Positions 48,053-57,404 of a DNA stretch of 61,279 bases are shown piece by piece. The notes below the pieces were generated by a model that was not told where the DNA came from, made no database searches, and saw nothing but the letters and a program-made list of their open reading frames with translations. Source of the stretch: a virus (Duplodnaviria > Caudoviricetes); the IMG/VR virus record IMGVR_UViG_3300006925_000018, positions 1 to 61,279 of that record; one strand, given 5' to 3'. The position numbers and the translations under genes are program-made. Every line of letters starts with the position of its first letter. The stretch's first letter is position 1.

Positions 48053-50302
48053 TTATAATCCTGCTAATTTTTTAAGTTCTACCATTGTTTCTTCTAAAGC
48101 ATTGTCTATTGCTTGATCAATTGATTCTTCTTGCTGTGCTGGATTCATACCTGGTAACTGTGGTTGATGTGGAGTTCTTTGTTGAACTGCCCCGTCAGAT
48201 CCTTTACCTCTTGGTTGAATTTTTAATCCTACTTGATCCAATATATTTTGTGTTACTCTTTCTTGTTTTCCCTGAGGACCTTTAATAAGAATATATGCTG
48301 GATTGTTTGGTGTTGGAGGAGCAACTGTTACTAGTTTAGTTCCTTGCATTAGTCCTGGAACTTGCCCTAACATCATAACTTCTTTACCGCTTTTATCTAG
48401 TAATACATAGTCAGCATCTGGACCATCTAGTTCATCATTTCGGAAGTCGCCTTGCTGAAACTCATTAACTTCTTCATCTTCTGCGTACATGTCTGAAAGA
48501 TCTAATGCTTCTGCTGGCTCACCGTGGTCTTTCCAATCTGCATCATCAACTAATGCTTCAATATATATTTGAATGCATTCATCTCTGTCATCATCTGCAT
48601 GTAAACCTTTTTCTCTACAAATTTCGTTAATTTCGTCGTCCAGTTCTTCCATTGAACAACCACATGCTATACAAAGTCCTTCTTCACCACCCTTTTGATA
48701 AGCATCAAATAGTTCATCATATGCTTGAGATTCACGGCTTTGTTCTGCTTGTGGATCAAAACTTTCTTCCATTTCTGGTTCTTCGTCATCTTCTAGTTGT
48801 GCTTTAAGTTCGTCGTAGTCCCAAGTATCACCGTATTCATCTTCAAATTCTTCTTTGCTCATTTGATCGACATCTATTAATACGTCTTTTAGTTTGCCTT
48901 CTTTAATATCTAAACCAGCCATTTGTCTCATGTAGTTGAGATCGTCTTCTTCTTCAATTGCTTCTTCTGGGTTACCATATGTCTCACATGGATTCTTACC
49001 ACAGCCACAATTCTTAGGCTCGTCTTTTTTGGCTTCCATTTCTAATTCATCTTCTGGTGCATCAAACTCTGGATCATCCATGCTTACCATTTCTGGCTCG
49101 TCCATGTCCATATCTGGTTCTGGTTGGTCATCTAAATCATCAAAGTTATCTAGTTCTGCATCTTTTCTGTGCAATTCCATATTGTTGATTGCATTGTTTA
49201 CTAGTGATATAGTCCATTTTTTGTCCTCATCACCTAACGCCATTATGCCGCCTTCTGGCATGTTATCAATGATGTTACTTAATCTGTCACTAGCCGCAAA
49301 TCCTTCATCGTCGTTTGCCAGTCTAGCATTAATTTCACCTAGCACATATCCTGGAGATTGTGCTAATAGTTTTAAAAACATTTCTTTTTTAACTGCTGGA
49401 TCGTTTATATCAGCACCATCTGGAAACTGATTAGCCATGCTTCTATTTCTTTGTCTGCTGTTGATAGGCTTACCTGTGTCAACACTGATCATATCTTTAG
49501 GAGCAATTTTAGTAAAGCCTACTGAATTAGGATCACTTGCCGCCGCCTTTGCAGGTCTTTCTGCAGAAGCCTTTTGATCTTTCTTACTAACACCAGGTTC
49601 ATAGTCCATTGCACCCTTGCCTGGAGCAAAGTTAACTGGTGCTTCGTCGAGCAACCCTGCTAATTTTTTTAATGTTTCTAATGATTCTTTCATAATTTTA
49701 CCTGTTATTTTGTCGTAAACCAAATCAAATATTTCTTGGTTAAACTCTCCCATATACCTAGCATACGTTTGTTTAGCACTATCTAAGTCTGGAGCACTAA
49801 GTAATGCAGTTCTAAATGCACTTGCACTCGCTACATCTCCGCTTATGCCTGTAACAGTTGGTGCTTGTATCACATAACCGTGTTTTAGCATAGATTGTGC
49901 GTTATTAGTATTTATCACATCTGTGCCATTTTGTAGGTAACTATCAGAACCATCTTTTAAAGGTTTAAATGCAAACCTTGGACTTTCCTCCATATCCTTT
50001 TGTCCTACTGCAAAAAACAACGAATGTTGTTCTGCTGGAGTAAAGGTACTTGCGTACGAATCCTTATTGTATAAGTTATTTCCTGCTGGTATGATAATTC
50101 TATCTTGAGGTATATCATGTTGCTGAGTCATGATGCTGATTTTTTCTTGTGCATCAAATGGTGATTTACCTGCTTCTACTTTATTTGCTGTAGCAATATA
50201 TACTTCTGCATCAGGATTATTAGATTGTAGTGTGCGAAACACTTCCGCATGATGCGGTAACATAGGTTGGAATCTACCTGGATATATAATAACCTTTTTC
50301 AT
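48053..50302 (-). CDS. HIGH-family (cytidylyl/adenylyl)transferase-like domain fused to long acidic modules (true start 50302)
   Basis: YPGRFQPMLPHH, AVGQKD, SASAFR; three LxxLAGL-type motifs; GATAAATA 5 nt upstream. Confidence 0.75.
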   Translation of the reverse strand: MKKVIIYPGRFQPMLPHHAEVFRTLQSNNPDAEVYIATANKVEAGKSPFDAQEKISIMTQQHDIPQDRIIIPAGNNLYNKDSYASTFTPAEQHSLFFAVGQKDMEESPRFAFKPLKDGSDSYLQNGTDVINTNNAQSMLKHGYVIQAPTVTGISGDVASASAFRTALLSAPDLDSAKQTYARYMGEFNQEIFDLVYDKITGKIMKESLETLKKLAGLLDEAPVNFAPGKGAMDYEPGVSKKDQKASAERPAKAAASDPNSVGFTKIAPKDMISVDTGKPINSRQRNRSMANQFPDGADINDPAVKKEMFLKLLAQSPGYVLGEINARLANDDEGFAASDRLSNIIDNMPEGGIMALGDEDKKWTISLVNNAINNMELHRKDAELDNFDDLDDQPEPDMDMDEPEMVSMDDPEFDAPEDELEMEAKKDEPKNCGCGKNPCETYGNPEEAIEEEDDLNYMRQMAGLDIKEGKLKDVLIDVDQMSKEEFEDEYGDTWDYDELKAQLEDDEEPEMEESFDPQAEQSRESQAYDELFDAYQKGGEEGLCIACGCSMEELDDEINEICREKGLHADDDRDECIQIYIEALVDDADWKDHGEPAEALDLSDMYAEDEEVNEFQQGDFRNDELDGPDADYVLLDKSGKEVMMLGQVPGLMQGTKLVTVAPPTPNNPAYILIKGPQGKQERVTQNILDQVGLKIQPRGKGSDGAVQQRTPHQPQLPGMNPAQQEESIDQAIDNALEETMVELKKLAGL

Positions 50303-50327
50303 ATTAGTATTTATCAGAAGTCGGTTA

Positions 50328-50855
50328 TTACCCTTTCTCATACTTTACACCTACTATATGGTATCTGGTTTCCCAACCAAAGTTAATTGCACTATGCAAT
50401 CCTGTGGTGTCTACTTGGTATGTACTACCTACTTCTAAATGATACATTTTAGGTTGTGTAAGTTCATCAAAGAACATCATGTATGCATCGGGATTTGTTA
50501 CCAGTGGTATGTGTAATCTTGTATTTCTTTTACCATTATCGCTGTCTGAGTGTATGCTGTAGTTGGTATGAGAGTCTAGTTTTAATAATCTCCAACGTAC
50601 ATATTCAGGAAACTGATTTATTAATTCTTCAAAGTATGTGCCTTCTAGGCGTTTGTTTAGTGTGCAATATGCTTTTTCAGGAAATTGTAAATGTTTAATT
50701 TTACCTGTGCTTTCGTTCCATGCGTCATTGCCCAGCACACTAGTTAGTGTTATTTGATTTGGATTTGCAAAACCTACATCTTCAAGTAAGTCATCAAGTG
50801 ATTGTTTTAATTTTTGAGGATCTGTTTGATAATCAAGTTTAATAACATGTGACAT
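50328..50855 (-). CDS. 2OG-Fe(II) oxygenase (Asp/Asn beta-hydroxylase-like)
   Basis: HSD, RLHIPLVTN, HSAIN, RYHIV; TATAAATA 5 nt upstream. Confidence 0.85.
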   Translation of the reverse strand: MSHVIKLDYQTDPQKLKQSLDDLLEDVGFANPNQITLTSVLGNDAWNESTGKIKHLQFPEKAYCTLNKRLEGTYFEELINQFPEYVRWRLLKLDSHTNYSIHSDSDNGKRNTRLHIPLVTNPDAYMMFFDELTQPKMYHLEVGSTYQVDTTGLHSAINFGWETRYHIVGVKYEKG

Positions 50856-50873
50856 GCTACTATTTATAGGATA

Positions 50874-53063
50874 TTATTCCCACCAATACTTTTTGCCGGC
50901 CGGGGTAGGTGTCCAACTTTCGCCAAAACGTCTTGCTTGAGCACTTGGTGTTGAACGTGCCATCTGTTTTTTTCTTTGTATGTTTAGTATTTTATCATGA
51001 GTAGGTGTACCTACTTTAAACTTCATTGGATAGTTTACCTGGTCTGTTGATTCCCACTCGTCGCCTTTTCTAATAAACTGGCGATCTACACCACCCATTT
51101 TAACAGTAACAATATCGTCACCGCCAACATCTTTTAATTTTCTTTCGTTTGTTGGTTCTGGTAATTTTGCTTGTTTTCTTAAAAAGTTCTCAACGTCTGT
51201 TCTATTAGGATCGTATTTTACTCTGTTAGTTTGGAAGTCTGGGTTAAACTTGATATTTAAGTTTATTAATGTTCTTTGGTCACCAGCATCTGCATATACA
51301 TCTAAAGCATTATAATAATGTTTTGCTAAGTCTGAATCTTCGCCACCTTGTTGAACGTGAGCCTGTAAAGCCTTACCTAGATCGCCGTCTTTGGCTGTAG
51401 GAGCCAATGAGTTAATACCCAACAATCCCATAATTAATGCACTAATACCAAGACCTTTTTTGATTGTATCTTTGATGCCTTCTTCAAGTTGTACTTCGTA
51501 TTGATTAAGTGCAACATCTTTGTATAGTTCTGCTAGTTCTGGATTCTCACTTTGCAGTTCTGCATACAGTTCAAATGCATCTTGACCTTTAGGATCTTTA
51601 ATAGACTTTTTAAGTAATTCCGCAACCTTCATTTCATTTGCACTATTGTCTCTTGCTGGACTTAATTCTGTTATTCTTGTATTAGTCTTAGTAGGTCCTG
51701 CTGTAATACTTTCACCGGCATGCATAGCCGCCATATGTTTTTTATATTTCTTAGTACCTTTTTTGTGTGGCGACTTACCTTCGGAGAAGTTTTTCAAAAA
51801 GTCACTAACAACTTCTACTGCTTGATGCTTGCCTATTTCTGGATACATTTGTCTAAGTATTTTAGGTAACTCAAATGCGTTATACCTTCCTGATTGCACA
51901 TAGTCTTTATGTAACATTGGGATTAATTTGCTTAATTCTTCATTGCTTGGTGCTGATTTCTTATTCATTTGTTTCTCATCATGTTTGGCAATTTCTGCCC
52001 AATTTGGTAATCCGTCATCATTTTGAGTCATTTCACCTTCGTCACAACCGTAGTTGCCAAAGCCATAACACTCTGAACTTTCTTCTTCCTCACCGTCATC
52101 ATTGATAAATGTTTCTTCACCGTCCATATAACCCGAACCAGCACATTCTGGACATACACCATCTTTAATGTAGTCGTCCATAAAATTACCTTGTAATACA
52201 TCTTGTAAATCGTTGTATGCTTCTATTCTTTCTTCAGCATCATAGTAAGCATCAGGTGTACCAATCATTCCTTCTTCTGCTTCTGGTATAATTCCTTTAG
52301 GGTCATTACGTTTGGGAGAAGTAGTTTGTCCAGTGCCACCGCACTTAGGACAATTAGGAACAGCACCAGATGATGTTACACAATCACATACTTGAGGATT
52401 GCCGCCTTCTGGTTTTGTGTGAGCATCTGCTCCAAACGGTTTCTTTATTTTGTTTTTACTGTGGTTACTATTAGTGTATGGACTTTCTGCCTCTATTGCG
52501 TTTCTTCTTTCACTGCCAGGAGCACCATGTTTAAGAGTACCACCGTCGCCTGCTAGTTGTCCTGTTTCTTGATGATATAGTTGTTTCATTTTTTCTAGAG
52601 TCTCAGGATTATCCATATCACCTAAAGTATAAGGAAACATAGCACCTTTGCCTTTGTCTTTTAACCAATTAATAAATTCTGCATCAATGGCAGGATTTAA
52701 TAAACTTGCTTCGTTGTTTACACTTTCTTGACCGTACTCTCTATCTAATTCTTCGTCATCAATCTTGTTTTTTAATGTACGAATTAAATCTTCAAATGGT
52801 TCTTCTAATCCGTATACCGCAGATTCTAAATTATTTTTTGCTTGAAAAACAGCATTTTCTAAATACTCTACTTCTGCTTTAAGTTCTTCGCTGTTTAAAT
52901 CATCCACAATTGAACCTACTGCTGTTATAATATCAATAGCAGTATCGTCGTATTTGATGTTTTTGGTAGTTGCTCTGACTTGATCAAAGGCTAATTCAAC
53001 CTTGTCTAATAAGGCCTCATCTTCTGGACTCTCTGATAAAACTACTATGTCTTTAAACTTCAT
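50874..53063 (-). CDS. Modular putative internal head protein with CxxCxGxG Zn fingers (true start 53063)
   Basis: MKFKDIVVLSE/S tag; CPKCGGTG, CPECAGSG; GATAAATA 5 nt upstream. Confidence 0.65.
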   Translation of the reverse strand: MKFKDIVVLSESPEDEALLDKVELAFDQVRATTKNIKYDDTAIDIITAVGSIVDDLNSEELKAEVEYLENAVFQAKNNLESAVYGLEEPFEDLIRTLKNKIDDEELDREYGQESVNNEASLLNPAIDAEFINWLKDKGKGAMFPYTLGDMDNPETLEKMKQLYHQETGQLAGDGGTLKHGAPGSERRNAIEAESPYTNSNHSKNKIKKPFGADAHTKPEGGNPQVCDCVTSSGAVPNCPKCGGTGQTTSPKRNDPKGIIPEAEEGMIGTPDAYYDAEERIEAYNDLQDVLQGNFMDDYIKDGVCPECAGSGYMDGEETFINDDGEEEESSECYGFGNYGCDEGEMTQNDDGLPNWAEIAKHDEKQMNKKSAPSNEELSKLIPMLHKDYVQSGRYNAFELPKILRQMYPEIGKHQAVEVVSDFLKNFSEGKSPHKKGTKKYKKHMAAMHAGESITAGPTKTNTRITELSPARDNSANEMKVAELLKKSIKDPKGQDAFELYAELQSENPELAELYKDVALNQYEVQLEEGIKDTIKKGLGISALIMGLLGINSLAPTAKDGDLGKALQAHVQQGGEDSDLAKHYYNALDVYADAGDQRTLINLNIKFNPDFQTNRVKYDPNRTDVENFLRKQAKLPEPTNERKLKDVGGDDIVTVKMGGVDRQFIRKGDEWESTDQVNYPMKFKVGTPTHDKILNIQRKKQMARSTPSAQARRFGESWTPTPAGKKYWWE

Positions 53064-53096
53064 AGTAGTATTTATCAAAGAAAGGGAAAAATTATT

Positions 53097-53282
53097 TTAT
53101 TTAGATTCTTCCTTGTATAATGTCCATGCACCGTAGAGTAATCCACCCCATGCGGCCCATTTGATTAATGGTGATGCCATAAGTGCTAGTAAACTAACTC
53201 CTATAATAACTCCACCATCCCATGATGTCCTTTCACCAATTCTGGCCATGACCCATGATTTTGCTAATGTTAAATAATTCAT
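53097..53282 (-). CDS. Small two-TM membrane protein (holin-like)
   Basis: AAGGAG RBS; hydrophobic helices. Confidence 0.6.
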   Translation of the reverse strand: MNYLTLAKSWVMARIGERTSWDGGVIIGVSLLALMASPLIKWAAWGGLLYGAWTLYKEESK

Positions 53283-53300
53283 GATTGCACTCCTTTATTA

Positions 53301-54134
53301 TTAACGTTTGTTATCTTCTGTCTGTGTGAAAAATTTATTGAATATTATATTATTTTCGCTTCTCTTGTCAACTGTAAAGCCTGCTAACACACCTAGTTCT
53401 TTTATTCCTTCTAGTTGTGCGTCGCCGCTTTTAGTCCAAAGCGAATGAAGCCAGTCTTTAGTTCTTTCTACGGCAGTTTTAACTGCATCAGTTTTAGATA
53501 CCACATAAGGTGCTTCATCTAATTGTTTTTTGAGATCTTGCTTTTGTTTTTTTCTGTCATAGTCCTTGGAAGACTTGTGAGCGCCAGCACCTGGCATATT
53601 TCTACTATGCTTTGCTACTGGATTGTTTTGTTTTGGTAGTTCTGGTTTTTTGTTATTTGCTTCTATTAGTTCTGCCCAAACTTTAGCATCTGGGTATTTG
53701 TCTTGTAACAACTGAGTGTATGAATTTATTTGATGTTTTTGCAAAACCACAACGTCATGAGCATCTGAATCTGCATCTTTTTGTAGTTTTAATTGATACT
53801 TGCCTTTATGAGGGTGAGTACCAGTGTTAATACTTGTCTCGCCTACTAGTTTACCTCTCATTGGGTGAGGACTTTCATTGCCTTTATTAGGTTTGATCTT
53901 TTTAGGCTTTTTGTCACTTGCTTTTACTTGTTCTGCTTCTGATACCGGAGCACCAGTCATATGTACTGCGGCATTTTTACCTTTTGCCTTAAGTGTGTTA
54001 GCCATCTTTTCTGCTCTTGAGCGACTTGATACAACCTTCCACGGCTTGTCATTTATACAAACTGCATAGTTGTTAGGAGACTCACCTCTGAGCTCATATT
54101 CAATTTCTTTCTTTTTTAAGTCACCCAACCGCAT
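53301..54134 (-). CDS. Modular putative internal head protein
   Basis: MRLGDL tag; VSE/A, VGE/T, LIE/A, LDE/A sites. Confidence 0.6.
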   Translation of the reverse strand: MRLGDLKKKEIEYELRGESPNNYAVCINDKPWKVVSSRSRAEKMANTLKAKGKNAAVHMTGAPVSEAEQVKASDKKPKKIKPNKGNESPHPMRGKLVGETSINTGTHPHKGKYQLKLQKDADSDAHDVVVLQKHQINSYTQLLQDKYPDAKVWAELIEANNKKPELPKQNNPVAKHSRNMPGAGAHKSSKDYDRKKQKQDLKKQLDEAPYVVSKTDAVKTAVERTKDWLHSLWTKSGDAQLEGIKELGVLAGFTVDKRSENNIIFNKFFTQTEDNKR

Positions 54135-54140
54135 AATAGT

Positions 54141-54683
54141 TTATACTAACGAGCCGGCGTATCTAACTAATATTGTTGCCGTACCTGCTGAAGCACCACC
54201 TTGTGTTACTGTTGCTTTTAAAACAGTTTGTGCTGAATAAGTATGATCAGTTTGATCGATAACTTGTGAACCTGCTGGATCAAAGAACTTAAACAGTCTG
54301 TCTGCTACAACGCCATCACCTACTGTAATGTTTGTTGTATCATTATACCCTGTCCAGTTACCTGAACCTTTCTCTACAGTTACACTTAATATTCTAGTGC
54401 CTGCCGTCACAGTACACAAATCTTGTGCACCACTATCATCATAGTTAACAGTATGCTCACTAACACCAACTTTGTTTGCACTTGCGGCATCTAGTTGGCT
54501 TTGTGTTACTGCATGACTAGACGCAGTACCATCTGCTATCTCGGCTCTTACGAGGGCATCGGAATTATTTCTAAGACTAATTTTTGAGGAACTAGTTGTT
54601 CCATCAATCTTATTGCCCTCTTTGCCAAGTTCAACAGTTTTTGCTACACCTGTTAAGCCATAATTTTTAACTGCATCGACCAT
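54141..54683 (-). CDS. Virion structural protein, paralog of 54696-55301
   Basis: VKNYGLTG..VELGK, EIAD...AVTQSQLDA. Confidence 0.65.
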   Translation of the reverse strand: MVDAVKNYGLTGVAKTVELGKEGNKIDGTTSSSKISLRNNSDALVRAEIADGTASSHAVTQSQLDAASANKVGVSEHTVNYDDSGAQDLCTVTAGTRILSVTVEKGSGNWTGYNDTTNITVGDGVVADRLFKFFDPAGSQVIDQTDHTYSAQTVLKATVTQGGASAGTATILVRYAGSLV

Positions 54684-54695
54684 TTGTTACTCCTA

Positions 54696-55301
54696 TTAAG
54701 ATATGTTACCTAAGTCGCTGTTACTGTTTTGTGCTCCAGTGATTGAACCGTAGTCTGTAACAGTTACACTATCACTTGCTAATACAACACTTACTGTACC
54801 TTGTCCTGCTGAGGCATCACCCTCTACGATGTTAATTTGTAAATTGTCTGCTGATGCATATTCATATTGGTATTGAGAATGATATTGACCTGCTTTCTTA
54901 ACGTCAACGTCTCCTGCTCTAATAAATCTACTGTTATTTGAAGCATCACCTATTTCGATGTATGTTCCAGTGTTGTTTGAACAAGTCCATGCTGTAGGAA
55001 TGTCAACAGTTACACTGATAATCCTTGAACCTGCTGAGATACTAGCAATATTAGAATCTGCTGAATCGAAGTCAAAGTCTAAAGTTATATGTTGTATTAA
55101 GTCTGCCGCTACTGCATCTAACTGACTTTTAGTAACTGCTTCTGTCGACGTTGTCGCATCTGCAATTTCTAACTTAGTTAATGCACCGCCGTTAGCATAA
55201 AAGCCAACTTTCCCAGATGCTCCAGTTATATATGAGCCCTGTTTACCTAATTCAACATTAGCATTTAAACCTGCTAAATTGTATTTTTTTACCGTTGCCA
55301 T
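54696..55301 (-). CDS. Virion structural protein, paralog of 54141-54683
   Basis: VKKYNLAG..VELGK, EIAD...AVTKSQLDA; late motif 55339-55346. Confidence 0.65.
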   Translation of the reverse strand: MATVKKYNLAGLNANVELGKQGSYITGASGKVGFYANGGALTKLEIADATTSTEAVTKSQLDAVAADLIQHITLDFDFDSADSNIASISAGSRIISVTVDIPTAWTCSNNTGTYIEIGDASNNSRFIRAGDVDVKKAGQYHSQYQYEYASADNLQINIVEGDASAGQGTVSVVLASDSVTVTDYGSITGAQNSNSDLGNIS

Positions 55302-55358
55302 AGTTATAATTCCTAATGTTTGAAAGTTTTACATAACATATTTATCTAAATTTAAAGA

Positions 55359-55386
55359 TTGACACTAAGATAATATCATGTATAAT
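55359..55386 (+). promoter_or_regulatory. Sigma70-type promoter back-to-back with a late promoter
   Basis: TTGACA-N16-TATAAT. Confidence 0.78.
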
Positions 55387-55410
55387 ACATATTAAAATAG
55401 GAGAACATGC

Positions 55411-55689
55411 ATGGCGTGGAATTATCGTGTCATTAGGCACATACATACACATAACGGTATAGACGAAGAGTATTATCAAATACATGAAGTATTTTATGAT
55501 GACGATGGCAATCCTGAAACGATGACAGTGGAAGGTATTATACCGTTTGGTGACACCGAAGAAGACTTAAAAGAAGTTATGGAAATGATGGCAAATGCAT
55601 TGACAAAGAATGTATTAGATGCTATAATGTTTGAACACGATGACACTAATAAACTTGATAAAACACTGGGTATGCTAAGAAATGTTTAA
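55411..55689 (+). CDS. Hypothetical protein
   Basis: AGGAG RBS; WNYRV...IHEVFY. Confidence 0.8.
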   Translation: MAWNYRVIRHIHTHNGIDEEYYQIHEVFYDDDGNPETMTVEGIIPFGDTEEDLKEVMEMMANALTKNVLDAIMFEHDDTNKLDKTLGMLRNV

Positions 55690-56740
55690 CAATAACGTTA
55701 AAAGAATCGGTTTCTGTTGTAAATATTTAGATGAGGACCAAACGCAAAAGCCTAAGGTACTTAAAGAAATACAGCAGAACTACACAGAAAGACAGACCAC
55801 AGTAGCATGGTGTAACAGACAAGAACGTTCTGTTGCAGAAGATCGCTTACTAGAAATTGTACGTCACAACATGCAGAGTGCATACAACCTAGTAGAATAT
55901 GTAGGCACATTGCCTGCTGAAAGGAGAATGGTCAGGTTAGGTAGCAATCAAATACCGATGGCAACACAACCCGACTGGCGTTATGTATTCGAAGATAAAA
56001 CAGTACTTGCAGAACTTGAACGTGGATTCAGAAGAATTGGTGATCATGCTCGTGAGCGTGACGTTAAGCTCAGTTTTCATCCTGGTCAGTTTTGTGTCTT
56101 GGCTTCAGACAATCCTGACATAGTAGAGCGTAGCATTGACGAGTTCGAGTATCATGTGAACATGGCACGTTGGATGGGCTATGGCAAAGAGTTTCAAGAC
56201 TTCAAGTGCAACATACATATATCAGGTAGAAAAGGTTACCAAGGCATTATTGATGTGCTACCTAGATTATCCCCCGAGGCTAGAAACATTATTACTATCG
56301 AGAATGACGAGATGTGTCATGGCTTAGACGCAAGTCTTATGCTGAAAGATCATGTTGCACTTGTTTTAGATATACACCACCACTGGATTAGAGATGAAGA
56401 ATACATACAAGCGAATGATGACCGTGTTAAAATGGTTATTGATAGTTGGCGTGGCGTCAGGCCTACTTTACATTACAGTTACAGCAGAGACGAATGGCTT
56501 GATCAATCAACACGAATTGATGAGACAACACGGCATAATGCCTTACACTCCATACCCGATCTACTAGAGTCAGGTGCTAAGAAGCAAAAACTAAGAGCAC
56601 ATTCTGACTACTATCCTAATGACGATGCTAACGATTGGGCATTGACCTTCTTAGATTCTTTTGATATACAATGCGAGGCAAAGGCTAAGAATTTGGCTAG
56701 CCAGCAATTATATGATAGAGCATTACTCACCAATAAATAG
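55682..56740 (+). CDS. uvsE: UV-damage endonuclease
   Basis: RIGFCC, LSFHPGQF, NIHISG, IENDE, LDIHHH, LRAHSD, CEAKAKN. Confidence 0.94.
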   Translation: MFNNNVKRIGFCCKYLDEDQTQKPKVLKEIQQNYTERQTTVAWCNRQERSVAEDRLLEIVRHNMQSAYNLVEYVGTLPAERRMVRLGSNQIPMATQPDWRYVFEDKTVLAELERGFRRIGDHARERDVKLSFHPGQFCVLASDNPDIVERSIDEFEYHVNMARWMGYGKEFQDFKCNIHISGRKGYQGIIDVLPRLSPEARNIITIENDEMCHGLDASLMLKDHVALVLDIHHHWIRDEEYIQANDDRVKMVIDSWRGVRPTLHYSYSRDEWLDQSTRIDETTRHNALHSIPDLLESGAKKQKLRAHSDYYPNDDANDWALTFLDSFDIQCEAKAKNLASQQLYDRALLTNK

Positions 56741-56759
56741 AGTTTATTAGGATTGAGAT

Positions 56760-57404
56760 ATGAAAAAAATTAAAAACACAAACTTTTATATACCAACAGG
56801 CGACACGTTCTTACCAAAGAAGCCAAACTATAAGAAAGAAGAGTTTGAAATGGCTAAGCCTTTCTTTAAGCATAATAGTGTAGCAATAGATGTAGGTGCT
56901 CACGTTGGCTTTTGGACTACAAGACTATTACAAGAATTTGACAAAGTAATTGCAGTTGAACCAGTTGAAGACTTTATTAGGTGCTTAGAAGTAAACACAG
57001 AAGAGTTAGAGCATAAACTTGAAATACATGGTCTTGGCTTAGGCAGTGAAGACGAACTTTGTTTAGAAATTGACCGTGTAAAAACAAACTCTACCCTTAC
57101 AGCCACAGCAGATTACTCATGCGAAGAACAATCTACCGAATACACAATGGACACATTTGTAGAAAAAATGCTTGACGAAGATATTGATGGACCAGCAAGT
57201 TTAGACTTTATAAAAATATCAGTTGAAGGATATGAATTAGAAGTGTTAGAAGGTGCAGTTGAAACTATTAAGAAATGGCAACCTACTATTTTTGTTGAAG
57301 TTAAAACAATGGAAGACGATGACGTATCAGACTTTATGGAAGATATGAATTACAAAATTGCAGACGACGATCTAAGTTCGTATGTTTGGGTACCGAATGA
57401 GTAA
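56760..57404 (+). CDS. FkbM-family SAM methyltransferase
   Basis: IDVGAHVG, AVEP, DFIKISVEGYE. Confidence 0.88.
   Translation: MKKIKNTNFYIPTGDTFLPKKPNYKKEEFEMAKPFFKHNSVAIDVGAHVGFWTTRLLQEFDKVIAVEPVEDFIRCLEVNTEELEHKLEIHGLGLGSEDELCLEIDRVKTNSTLTATADYSCEEQSTEYTMDTFVEKMLDEDIDGPASLDFIKISVEGYELEVLEGAVETIKKWQPTIFVEVKTMEDDDVSDFMEDMNYKIADDDLSSYVWVPNE

Noticed and set aside
49909-49916. GATAAATA copy inside the HIGH-domain gene
   Set aside because: Within coding sequence with no start codon at the usual spacing; may be chance in AT-rich DNA
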